A DNA stretch of 63,822 nt, counting the filler, from a bacterium (GTDB lineage Bacteria; JBBIVP01), in NCBI GenBank assembly GCA_037439705.1. It is 6 parts of 6 records of this genome, joined end to end, with 100 filler letters (N's around TTAATTAATTAA, not from the genome) between each part and the next. Parts side by side here need not be neighbours in the genome. Positions count along the whole stretch, not along the records: positions 11,147 to 22,124 come from JBBIVP010000058.1; positions 22,225 to 33,193 come from JBBIVP010000059.1; 4 more parts are not named here. One strand, written 5' to 3'. Below, one piece after another: positions 20,499-29,588 of the stretch; position 1 is the stretch's first letter, and each line of letters starts with the position of its first letter. The translations under genes and the position numbers were made by a program. Under the pieces are notes generated by a model. That model ran no database searches. It saw nothing but the letters and a program-made list of their open reading frames with translations, and was not told the origin of the DNA.

Positions 20499-22009
20499 TA
20501 TTCGCTTTTCAGCGAAATACCGTACTTTTTCATTTTGTAATAAAATGTGGTCCTTTTAATTCCGAGAAGGTCTGCAGCCTTTGATATGTTAAACCCAACT
20601 CTCTCAAGGGCATCCTCTATGGCTTTTTTCTCTATAAAATGTATTGAGGATTTAAGAGAGGAAACAGGTGATTGAAAAAGCTTCATCTGTGTATCCGGGG
20701 TGAGAAGTATATCTTCCTTCCTTATAATCGGTTCCTCCCCTAAAACAATAGCCCTTTCTATCACATTTTCCAGTTCCCTCACATTTCCCGGCCATTCATA
20801 GTTTATCAATACCTTAAGAGCCTCTTCTTCAATATTCTCAAATTTTCTGTTCATAAGTTTGTTGTATTTTTTTATAAAATGATGGACAAGGAGAGGAATA
20901 TCGCCCTTTCTTTCCCTCAAGGGAGGTATAAATATGGTAATTACATTTAATCTGTAAAAAAGGTCCTCCCTGAATTTTCCCTCTCTTATTGCCTCTTCAA
21001 GATTCTTGTTCGTTGCAGAAACAATTCTCACATCAACCTTTATTTCCTTTGTGCCTCCGAGCCTCAAAAATTCCTTTTCCTGAAGGACCCTCAAAAGTTT
21101 TGCTTGAATTGCAGGGCTTATATCTCCTATTTCGTCAAAGAAAATCGTTCCACCATCTGCCAGTTCAAGCAATCCCTTTTTTGTAGAATATGCACCTGTA
21201 AAAGCCCCTTTTTCGTACCCGAAGAGTTCGCTCTCAAGGAGCGTTTCTGGAATTGCGGCACAGCTAACCTTAACGAAAGTCCTTCTGTTCCTTTCCGAAA
21301 GTTCATGGATTTTCTTTGCAATCAACTCCTTTCCGACCCCGCTCTCACCCCTTATCAACACGGAAACAGTGGAGTTTGCAACCTTTTTTACGGTATTCAA
21401 GATATTACTTATTTGATGGTCTTCACCTATAAACATATCTTCCATCTTTTCCTGAAGTTCTCTTTTCAAAATTATGTTTTCCTTTATTAACTCTTCTCTC
21501 AACCGAAGGTTTTCAAGAGCCACTGCTATCTGTGAAGAAAGAATTGTTATGTATTCCTCGTCTTCCTTCATGAAACTTCCATTCTTCTTGTTTAAAGCTT
21601 CAACTGCTCCTATGACCTTGCCATCCCTTGAAAATATCGGTGCACACAATATGTTTTTTGTCCTGTAACCTGTAAGCCTGTCTATTTCTGGATTGAATCT
21701 CTTATCCTCATAAACATTTTCCACATTCAAAAGTTTTCCGTTCTCTATAACCCATCCAACAATTCCCTTTCCCCGGGGAACTCTTATCTCACTTATTTCA
21801 GCATCCTGGGCAATTTTTGACCATATTTCTTTTCTTTCAAAATCAACGAGAAAAAGTGAGCTCCTTTCTGCCTCAAGAATGTCTGATGTTTCATATATTG
21901 CGATTTCAAGAAATTTTTCTATATCATCTTCGTATCCCAGCCTTTTAGCAACACCTAAAATTTTGTAAAGTTTTTCTATCCTGTTGTCCCTGCTTATTCC
22001 CATTTTCAT
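20498..22009 (-). CDS. GAF-domain sigma-54-dependent activator (NifA/FhlA-like)
   Basis: N-terminal GAF, GESGVGKE, ESELFGYEKGAFTGA, FREDLFYRL, WPGNVRELEN, Fis-type HTH. Confidence 0.95.
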   Translation of the reverse strand: MKMGISRDNRIEKLYKILGVAKRLGYEDDIEKFLEIAIYETSDILEAERSSLFLVDFERKEIWSKIAQDAEISEIRVPRGKGIVGWVIENGKLLNVENVYEDKRFNPEIDRLTGYRTKNILCAPIFSRDGKVIGAVEALNKKNGSFMKEDEEYITILSSQIAVALENLRLREELIKENIILKRELQEKMEDMFIGEDHQISNILNTVKKVANSTVSVLIRGESGVGKELIAKKIHELSERNRRTFVKVSCAAIPETLLESELFGYEKGAFTGAYSTKKGLLELADGGTIFFDEIGDISPAIQAKLLRVLQEKEFLRLGGTKEIKVDVRIVSATNKNLEEAIREGKFREDLFYRLNVITIFIPPLRERKGDIPLLVHHFIKKYNKLMNRKFENIEEEALKVLINYEWPGNVRELENVIERAIVLGEEPIIRKEDILLTPDTQMKLFQSPVSSLKSSIHFIEKKAIEDALERVGFNISKAADLLGIKRTTFYYKMKKYGISLKSE

Positions 22010-22124
22010 TTTTTAAATTATATTGTAAAAAAAAGTATCTTCAATTAAGTGCTTCCGCTTATATTCTTGCGTCTTTCCTCATAATTAAATCTATTTGAAA
22101 TATATGTCATTATGTATACCTCCT

Positions 22125-22224
22125 NNNNNNNNNNNNNNNNNNNNNNNNNNNNNNNNNNNNNNNNNNNNTTAATTAATTAANNNNNNNNNNNNNNNNNNNN
22201 NNNNNNNNNNNNNNNNNNNNNNNN
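22125..22224. other. Artificial contig linker
   Basis: N44-TTAATTAATTAA-N44. Confidence 0.99.
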
Positions 22225-22468
22225 GCAAAGAGTAAAAAAGGGAGGGGAACAACAAAACAGCCAGTTTTAGGAATACTTTTGTTCTGACACCTGGCGAGGT
22301 TATACTGGTATAGCAACAAAGGGATACTTACATAGATTAGTAAACCATAGCAAAAGAGAATATAGTGATAGAAGATGGAATCACATAAATGGGTTAGAAG
22401 GATTCTGGGGTTATCTAAAAAGACAACTTTTATTGTATAGATACGAAGGTGCGTGGCTATTATCATAA
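22225..22468 (+). mobile_element. IS1595-family transposase remnant (internally deleted, frameshifted)
   Basis: KKGRGTTKQPVLGIL, then shifted frame SDTWRGYTGIATKGYLHRLVNHSKREY...NHINGLEGFWGYLKRQL. Confidence 0.85.
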
Positions 22469-22569
22469 ATTCTTGAAGAAAGCCAGATAATATTCTTCTT
22501 GTTGCTCCTAATGAAGAATTTACTGACATTTTAATTTCTGTTAAATACTTAAATTTAACATAAGATAAA

Positions 22570-23646
22570 TTATCGGTCATCTTTATTGATGCTGAATACA
22601 TACGCATTTCCTGCGTCAGTTAGCACCCCTATTGCACGGTCAGAAACAGCTATCGGTGAAGAAATCCCCCCTTCTAATTTTATTTTCTGAAGAATTTTAA
22701 ATCCATTGCCTATCACATAAAAATCTCCTGAAGATGAGCCTGCGACAATTTCTCCATCTTCCAAAACCAGAATCTCATTTACTTCCTTTATTTTCAGATT
22801 CTTTTCCATTATTTTTCTGCCCGTTTTTGCCTCAATGGAAGTAAAAATTCCATCCTGAGATACTGCTACAACTTTATCTCCAAATTTTCCCAGCGCCCTC
22901 ATATTTTTCATTTCTTTTTCCCATAATTTTTTACCCGTTTTCTTTTCCGCTCCAAAAAGGTATTTACCTCCCAGGGAAATTATTACCATATCCTCAACAT
23001 CAATTGGAGTGAATGTAAAAGACGAGATTCCTTCCTTTAATTTAATTTTCCACAACATTTTCAGGTCAAAATCAACAGCATTTAACCCCCCTGTCTGGGT
23101 TCCATAAAAAATTATTCCTTCTTTTTTGTCAATTATTGGAGATGAAAATGTCAAAACATTGTATTCCTGATGGGGTTCATCATTTTTTAGAATTCTGATT
23201 GTCTCTCCATTTTCCGGATTTATTAAAAGAAGGTCATCCTCGGGAGATTTCAGAACGATAAATTCATCATGGGCAGCAGGTGGTGAAATTATCGGTTTAT
23301 TAAATAGTTTTTGTTCCCAGAGAATTTCATAAGTTTTTAAATATATAGTAACAAGATCTCCGGAAGCGGTTCCAATATATAAAACATTGTTATATATTTT
23401 GGGAGAACAGATAATTATCCTTTCTAAATTTAGAATTTTCTTAAATTTTTGGTTGTAATATTGATAAATTTCTCCGTTTTGTAATATAAAGAATATAGAG
23501 TCATTTGTTGCCACAGCTCCGGCGGTTTCCAGATTACTTAATTTGTTGATAAAATCTCCATGGGGTCCATATAAATTTTTTCTTTCCTCAATTTGTAATG
23601 GAAGAATTAATCTGCTCCATAAAAAAATAATGAAAAAGAAGGTCAT
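22570..23646 (-). CDS. bamB: PQQ-like beta-propeller protein, BamB-like
   Basis: Repeated ..TG..LW.. propeller blades; coupled to yfgM-like gene; no clear lipobox. Confidence 0.65.
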   Translation of the reverse strand: MTFFFIIFLWSRLILPLQIEERKNLYGPHGDFINKLSNLETAGAVATNDSIFFILQNGEIYQYYNQKFKKILNLERIIICSPKIYNNVLYIGTASGDLVTIYLKTYEILWEQKLFNKPIISPPAAHDEFIVLKSPEDDLLLINPENGETIRILKNDEPHQEYNVLTFSSPIIDKKEGIIFYGTQTGGLNAVDFDLKMLWKIKLKEGISSFTFTPIDVEDMVIISLGGKYLFGAEKKTGKKLWEKEMKNMRALGKFGDKVVAVSQDGIFTSIEAKTGRKIMEKNLKIKEVNEILVLEDGEIVAGSSSGDFYVIGNGFKILQKIKLEGGISSPIAVSDRAIGVLTDAGNAYVFSINKDDR

Positions 23647-24353
23647 TTTTGAGTGAATAAATATATTCTTTTAAGCCTTCCAATAATGGGGAGGGTTCTT
23701 GGGGTTCTCGGATACTTTGCTATACCTTCATTATAAATCCTAACCGCTTCTTCAAATTTTCCTATTTTTTCAAAACACCTTCCTGCATCCTCATAGGGTT
23801 TAACTCCAAGGGGATTGGGGTCTAACTCGGTGATTGATATATACATATTTGCTGCTCCGAGAGAATCTCCCTTTCTTTCCAGTAGCCACCCCAATGTTTC
23901 ATAAGCAGCAGAAAGAAGATATACATCAACATTTTCCGTATTATCTTTGAAAAACATTAGAAGTTCTTCTGCAGATTCATATTTTTTGTGTTTAATCATG
24001 TATTTCGCCAGCATGTACCTCGCCCTCTTTCCATAAACCGTTCCACTATAATGTTCCATTACATCCCTGAAAATTTTTGCTATTTCTTCAGAATACTCTG
24101 CTTCTTCAATTTCTGAGTTCATTGCAAGTTCCGCTTTATAAACCAATGAAGAGGCTGTAATCAACCTTTTTTCTTTTATAAAAAATACGCCGTAAATCAA
24201 GATAGCGGCTATTACCACCACTGCTGAAATTGAAAGAACAATTTTTCGGTGTTCTTTTAGGTAATTGAAGATTTTTGTGGTAGTTGTTATGAACTCGTCT
24301 GGTTTTTTAATTTCCTTTCTCGTTATTTTCTTCTTTACCTTTATCTTCCTCAT
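23643..24353 (-). CDS. YfgM-like membrane-anchored TPR protein
   Basis: TRKEIKKPDEF, single TM, TPR helices, upstream of bamB-like gene. Confidence 0.75.
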   Translation of the reverse strand: MRKIKVKKKITRKEIKKPDEFITTTTKIFNYLKEHRKIVLSISAVVVIAAILIYGVFFIKEKRLITASSLVYKAELAMNSEIEEAEYSEEIAKIFRDVMEHYSGTVYGKRARYMLAKYMIKHKKYESAEELLMFFKDNTENVDVYLLSAAYETLGWLLERKGDSLGAANMYISITELDPNPLGVKPYEDAGRCFEKIGKFEEAVRIYNEGIAKYPRTPRTLPIIGRLKRIYLFTQK

Positions 24354-24453
24354 ATCTCACCTTTCTTCTTAATATCAAAATCATACTCATAATAAACAAA
24401 AAAATCACTATTGTCCACATACTACCCATGATTATCCATCCAAGTGTCTTCAT
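24307..24453 (-). CDS. Small membrane protein, putative NSS transporter small subunit (48 aa)
   Basis: Not in ORF track; ATG overlaps NSS stop (ATGA); MKTLGWIIMGSMWTIVIFLFIMSMILILRRK... Confidence 0.6.
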   Translation of the reverse strand: MKTLGWIIMGSMWTIVIFLFIMSMILILRRKVRYEEDKGKEENNEKGN

Positions 24454-25991
24454 TTTTCATTCTCCCTTCTTTTCCAGACAATCCACAGAATAGCACCCAT
24501 AAAAACGAACAGATAAATCAAAAATCCTCTTGTAAGAAATATGTTCCATGAAGCAGTTTCTCCAATTCTTGAAAAATATCTCCAGAACCATGTTCCAAGA
24601 ATGATGAGAAGTAAAAGAGGACTTATATATTTCAAAATATAGAAAAATATCCTCGGAACCCTTATGTCTGCACCTTTATGAAGTTCAATCCATATTTTTT
24701 CAGCCCCGAAAATCCACATAAATACGACTGTTTCAATCGTTGCAAACAGGACAAGTCCGAATGTTCCAGCCCAGAAATCCATTTCTTCAATTGCGCCTTT
24801 GAAAAATATGGCAAGATGTGATGAGAAAAATATGGTTATTCCAAGAATAAGGGATGCCTCTTTCCTTGAGAGTTTCAATTCGTCTTCAAGAAAACTTATG
24901 GCTGGCTGACATAATGCAAGGGAGGATGTAATGCCTGCAAAGAAAAGAAGGAAAAACCACAGCGCTCCGAAGATATTTCCGGCTGGCAATTGCTGAAATA
25001 CAGCTGGAAGGGTAATAAATCCGAGCCGGAATGCTCCTGACTGGGCTATCTCCTGAGCATTTACTGCTCCAAAGAAAATTATGGCTGCAGGAATAGCTAT
25101 TGAACCTCCCAGAATTACTTCGGCGAATTCATTTGATGCTGCGGTGGCAAAGCCAGAAAGAGCGATATCGTCTTTTTCTCTTAAATAACTGGCATAAACC
25201 TGAATCGCACCTGTTCCAAGACTGAGGGTAAAAAGTATCTGTCCAGCTGCTGCAAGCCATATTGAAGGATCTGAAATCCTTGAAAAATCCGGCTCCCATA
25301 TATACTTCAACCCGGAAACAATGTTCACATCAGGATTTAAGGGATTCTTCAATGTAAAAACCCTTATAAGTAGAACTACTGCAAACAGTAAAAGAAGGGG
25401 CATTGCTATTTTTGCTAATCTTTCAATACCCTCCACTATTCCCCTTGAAAGAATGAAGATATTTAAAAACAGAGTAATTAGAAAGGCAATGTAGGCATAT
25501 CTATGAGGATACATAAGGGCACCGTTTGTATCTCCAAGAAAGTTATTATGAAATGTTTGAAATGGAGCGAGGTAGGCGTTGATGTACTGAATCTGCGCAT
25601 GGTCAACACTTGGTAAAGAATTGGTAAGGGCAAAAAATCCATAAGCAAGTGTCCAGGATTCAATGTAAACATAATATATTGCTATCACAGTTGGTGTAAA
25701 AAGACCGACAACACCGAGATATTTTGCTATCGGATTTTTCCAGCCAAGACTCAAGAATGCTGGGGGGGAACCATGTCCTCTTATTCCTGCATATCTCCCT
25801 ATTGTCCATTCAAGCCACATAAGGGGAATTCCGATAAGAAAAAGAGAAACAATATATGGAATCATAAAAACCCCTCCTCCATGTTTTGCCGCTTCAACAG
25901 GAAATCTCAAGAAGTTCCCTAACCCTATGGCATTTCCCGCCATTGCAAGAATGAGTCCGAATCTCGTTGCCCAGTGCTCCCTCTTGTTCAT
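24450..25991 (-). CDS. Sodium-dependent transporter, NSS/SNF (LeuT-like) family
   Basis: REHWATRFGLILAMAGNAIGLGNFLRFP, AAGQILFTLSLG, NEFAEVILGGSI, FFAGITSS. Confidence 0.95.
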   Translation of the reverse strand: MNKREHWATRFGLILAMAGNAIGLGNFLRFPVEAAKHGGGVFMIPYIVSLFLIGIPLMWLEWTIGRYAGIRGHGSPPAFLSLGWKNPIAKYLGVVGLFTPTVIAIYYVYIESWTLAYGFFALTNSLPSVDHAQIQYINAYLAPFQTFHNNFLGDTNGALMYPHRYAYIAFLITLFLNIFILSRGIVEGIERLAKIAMPLLLLFAVVLLIRVFTLKNPLNPDVNIVSGLKYIWEPDFSRISDPSIWLAAAGQILFTLSLGTGAIQVYASYLREKDDIALSGFATAASNEFAEVILGGSIAIPAAIIFFGAVNAQEIAQSGAFRLGFITLPAVFQQLPAGNIFGALWFFLLFFAGITSSLALCQPAISFLEDELKLSRKEASLILGITIFFSSHLAIFFKGAIEEMDFWAGTFGLVLFATIETVVFMWIFGAEKIWIELHKGADIRVPRIFFYILKYISPLLLLIILGTWFWRYFSRIGETASWNIFLTRGFLIYLFVFMGAILWIVWKRRENEK

Positions 25992-26062
25992 GGAACTAAA
26001 AATAAGACAAAAATTAGTTTATTTCAAGAAAAATCTTTTTAAATAAGATGTGTTTAGCAAAT

Positions 26063-26911
26063 TTAGAACCTCACCCCGATTCCGAATCCTTCTCCATTTT
26101 TTATAAAAAATGGATAAAAATAACCTTCCCTTTTTTCAATAGACCTATTATAACTAATGGCTACCGGAATAGAGGACAGAACTTCAGCCATCTTAAAAAC
26201 GAGAAAACTGATGGTTGAAATGCCAACCCACACAAGAGCATCCAAGTCCTCCGCACTTACTACTCCTATATAAAACGCTAAAATTGAACCCCCCTCTCCT
26301 ATCATAAATAATGTTCCTAAACTGCGATTGTGGGCATAAAAATGCCCTGTTCCAAAACCAGGAAAAATGGAAAGTAGAAAGGCACCTGGAACAGATACCT
26401 TTTTTGGTTCCTGATATTCTATCACTGTATGCTTCTGAAATACTTCTTCAGGAGAAGATGTCCCTTCTGGCTTTTCATACATCCCCAGCGCCTTTAACAC
26501 TTCTTCTATACTGTTCAAAAGCGCAATATCAGATTCAAACCATTCAGAATATGAAACCCTTTCTTTTTCCTCCGTATCCCATCTTTCTACTGTTAGAAAA
26601 TAACCCTCTCCCCTTCTTATTATGCTTCCACCTATTATCCATTCAACTTCGTGTTTATTCATTATATCCAATAATTTTTCATCCACCACATACGGAATTA
26701 TTCCAATATTCTCAAAAAACATATCCCTTTCTTCCACTTCCATAACTTTATATTCTGCTCTTTTTAGTTTTTTTATGGTGATTTCTACGAAGGTTTTTAC
26801 AAGTTCGTCTTCAACTCCTTCTGAAACTACCGGGTTAAGAATCACAATGGAATAATTTTTCGCTGAAGAGAAAATGAGGAGAAAGAGAATGCTTAAAATT
26901 GAAATCCCCAT
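26063..26911 (-). CDS. Secreted protein: TolB_N/CsgG-like domain + P13-like hydrophobic domain
   Basis: Signal peptide; LLSIFPGFGTGHFY; ISYNRSIEK; C-terminal FGIGVRF. Confidence 0.6.
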   Translation of the reverse strand: MGISILSILFLLIFSSAKNYSIVILNPVVSEGVEDELVKTFVEITIKKLKRAEYKVMEVEERDMFFENIGIIPYVVDEKLLDIMNKHEVEWIIGGSIIRRGEGYFLTVERWDTEEKERVSYSEWFESDIALLNSIEEVLKALGMYEKPEGTSSPEEVFQKHTVIEYQEPKKVSVPGAFLLSIFPGFGTGHFYAHNRSLGTLFMIGEGGSILAFYIGVVSAEDLDALVWVGISTISFLVFKMAEVLSSIPVAISYNRSIEKREGYFYPFFIKNGEGFGIGVRF

Positions 26912-27726
26912 CCGACAAACACATTCCCTTTTGAAAGAATGAGGGATGGATAAAATTGCCTTTCTCTTAACTTCTCGTTATTCTTTTTCGTACCAAAAAT
27001 TGCATAGACAAAATCAAAAACCCTTGCCAGTCCAAAAATTGTGCTTCCAGCAATTACCATATCCTTTCCGTTCTCGTCATATTGGATTAAGCCTGAGATA
27101 AGAATTCCTGCACCGAGTACCTGTCCCATAAGGGAGATTATTCCTTCAAGGTTGCTTCCCCCATAAAAATTTCCTGAGCCAAAACCTACAAGAATTGAAA
27201 GCGTGCCTGCAATTAGAGGTGATTTTTCTTTTTTAAGAATTTCCACTTTTTCGGGTTCTTTTTCCTCTTCTATTCCCACTATCCTTTTTCCAAGAACTGA
27301 TGCACTTTCAAGAAGTTTTGGAAAAGTGCAGAAACACTTTTCTATCTCGGAGGCTTCAATTTTTCCTGTTTCCACATCAAGTAACTGGATTGAAAGGAAG
27401 TAGGTGTCATCTATAAGGGACAAATCACCTGTTATTATCTTCTGAACCCCGAGAATTCTTCCAACCTCAACCCTTGTTCTCTCATCAACTACCTCCGTAA
27501 GTTGAAATCCCTGTTCTTTTAAAATTTTGTCCCTGTTCATTCTGTCTATAACCTCAAATCTTCCTGTGGAAACAATTCCATCAATTATTGCGTTTGTGAT
27601 GAGAACGGTCATTTCCTCTCTTACATTGTTTCCCTTTATGTCAACCACAGCAATTCTCATTTTTTCTTCAGCATTGATAATAACCGGGCTGAAAAAGATA
27701 AAAAGGAGAAAAAATTTTTTAACCAT
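26893..27726 (-). CDS. Secreted protein: CsgG/HfaB-like domain + P13-like hydrophobic domain
   Basis: Start 27726 (TAATG overlap; signal MVKKFFLLF...INA); FEVIDR..RDKILKEQ, VGRILGVQKIITG, LDVETGKI; LSILVGFGSGNFY; C-terminal WGFQF. Confidence 0.7.
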   Translation of the reverse strand: MVKKFFLLFIFFSPVIINAEEKMRIAVVDIKGNNVREEMTVLITNAIIDGIVSTGRFEVIDRMNRDKILKEQGFQLTEVVDERTRVEVGRILGVQKIITGDLSLIDDTYFLSIQLLDVETGKIEASEIEKCFCTFPKLLESASVLGKRIVGIEEEKEPEKVEILKKEKSPLIAGTLSILVGFGSGNFYGGSNLEGIISLMGQVLGAGILISGLIQYDENGKDMVIAGSTIFGLARVFDFVYAIFGTKKNNEKLRERQFYPSLILSKGNVFVGWGFQF

Positions 27727-28679
27727 TAAAATTTCCAGAGTAATCCTGCCCCGAAAGAAGGAAATACAACCTCTGATGTTCTGCCTCCCAGCCCTGTAAA
27801 GAGTTTTAAAGCAGTTGAATCCTTTGTCCATATTATTGTTCCCACAAGCATCCTAAATCCGGGATTAATCTCTGGAATTGGTATCCATTCAACTGCTGCA
27901 TCTCCGTATAGAAAAACTTTAGATGTTACAGGGGTTTGAAAGAGAATGTGAGCCATTGCACCTGTATAATCTTCAAACATTCCCCCTATCAGAAGGTATG
28001 TTTTGAATTCAGAGCCTATTATCATTCCCCCATCAAAACCATATCCTATTCCATCCGGGTCAAGTCCTATTTTGAACTTGAATGTGATGGAAAAATATTC
28101 TCCTCCGAAAAGGAACTCGGAATAGCCGTAATAAAAGTCTGCCCTTTTATACTGGTCTTTATAATCATCAGGTATGGCAAATGCGTATATCCCGCCCATT
28201 CCGAATCTCAAGCCATACAGAACTTCTCTGTGATGAGAGTATCTGAATCCAAGTTCACTTCTCAAAAATATGTCGTCTGAGTCATACATACAGTAATCTA
28301 ATGTAAGTCCAAGGTCTTTCCTTATAAATTCTTTTTTAACCTCTTTCTCTTTTTCAATTTTTTTTGAAAGATATATCACATCACCTGTTTTGACCTCCGT
28401 AATTTGTAATCCCTTGGCAGGCACAGCCACGGATACATTTGTGCCAATTTTCTGGATTATAATAGTTCCTACGGGTATTTCCCCGTAGATAATTTTACCT
28501 GTTACTGGATGCCTCATCTCAATTCCTGAACGAAAGAGTTCAAACGCCTGACCTATTGAAACACCGTCTTCTTGTGTAATATCAAGGTAGATCTCCGTTT
28601 CTGTAACCTTAATCACATACCTCTTTTCTTTCACAGTCTCCTGTGCGGTTATAAAAAGTGCAATTATCAACCAGACCAT
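27726..28679 (-). CDS. Secreted protein: FlgT-C-like domain + beta-barrel
   Basis: IYLDI...GVSIGQAFELFR...RHPVTGKII; Gly/aromatic strands; C-terminal GLLWKF. Confidence 0.6.
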   Translation of the reverse strand: MVWLIIALFITAQETVKEKRYVIKVTETEIYLDITQEDGVSIGQAFELFRSGIEMRHPVTGKIIYGEIPVGTIIIQKIGTNVSVAVPAKGLQITEVKTGDVIYLSKKIEKEKEVKKEFIRKDLGLTLDYCMYDSDDIFLRSELGFRYSHHREVLYGLRFGMGGIYAFAIPDDYKDQYKRADFYYGYSEFLFGGEYFSITFKFKIGLDPDGIGYGFDGGMIIGSEFKTYLLIGGMFEDYTGAMAHILFQTPVTSKVFLYGDAAVEWIPIPEINPGFRMLVGTIIWTKDSTALKLFTGLGGRTSEVVFPSFGAGLLWKF

Positions 28680-28731
28680 AATAAAATTTTAAAAAAGAAA
28701 TTTGTAAAAGTCAATAAGATTTTTTATAGAA

Positions 28732-28916
28732 GAACATAGACATTGTTACGGAAAAGGGGGCCGAAATTTGAGTTAAAAGGATAAGATTGGATGAAAAGCA
28801 CTTTCATAGGTTTAAAGGTTTAAAAAACTCAAAAGTCAGGACCTGACCACCAAACCGGACAGGAGATTTGAGTTAAAATGAGGGACACTTATATGGTGAC
28901 AATAATCTATATGTTC
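28732..28916. repeat. Dispersed repeat, copy 2 (MITE-like, about 185 bp)
   Basis: Shares two blocks with 10930; imperfect terminal inverted repeat GAACATAGACATTGTTAC vs GTGACAATAATCTATATGTTC; ATTTGAGTTAAAA twice 100 bp apart; GTCAGG-A-CCTGAC palindrome. Confidence 0.6.
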
Positions 28917-28942
28917 AGTACATCAATTTACAGTATATCAAT

Positions 28943-29305
28943 TTATTTTTGGGAATCCGTTTTCAACCTTCTTGCAAAATCAATCATAGTTTTTAAAATG
29001 ACCTCAGCATTTTCTTTGGGAAGTGAACTCAACTCATTTATCAATTCTTTTACTAAACATGAGAGTCTGATATTTCCATTTCCTGACAAAAGCCAATCAA
29101 GGGTAAAATTCGTTCTTGAAATGGTATGTATAAATTCTTCTANNNNNNNNNNTATTTTTTTTATCTTACTTTTCTTCCATTTTTTTATAAATTCTTCTAC
29201 TTCTTCTTTCAGAAGAAACTCCTCAACCTTCTCAAACATCCACTCTTCCATAAAAGACTTCGCATGCTTGAGCTTTTTGAGGATCTCTTCTTTCTTCGGT
29301 TTCAT
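28943..29305 (-). CDS. Hypothetical protein with phage-repressor-like LDWLLSGNG motif, spans a 10-N gap
   Basis: SD GGAGGT upstream; gap 29143-29152 makes length and frame uncertain. Confidence 0.45.
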   Translation of the reverse strand: MKPKKEEILKKLKHAKSFMEEWMFEKVEEFLLKEEVEEFIKKWKKSKIKKIXXXXEEFIHTISRTNFTLDWLLSGNGNIRLSCLVKELINELSSLPKENAEVILKTMIDFARRLKTDSQK

Positions 29306-29588
29306 AAATCACCTCCATTTTCTAATGATTTTTTTTAGAAAAATGTATAATTTCAACGATTTTTTTAAGATTTGACTTCACTTGTTCCATTTTATGCGGT
29401 ATAAAATACTGAAAATCAAAATCTATGTGGTGCTCTAATTTCTAAAATTAACTTTTTGAGCCATTTTATTTTTTACAAAGTAAAGTTGTCAAACCATGAA
29501 CAAATTTTGAAAGAATGAAAGCGGAAGATGGCTTTAGCGTAATTTCCAGTCTCAACAGGGCTCTCGGTGGATGGATTTTTCAGAATTT

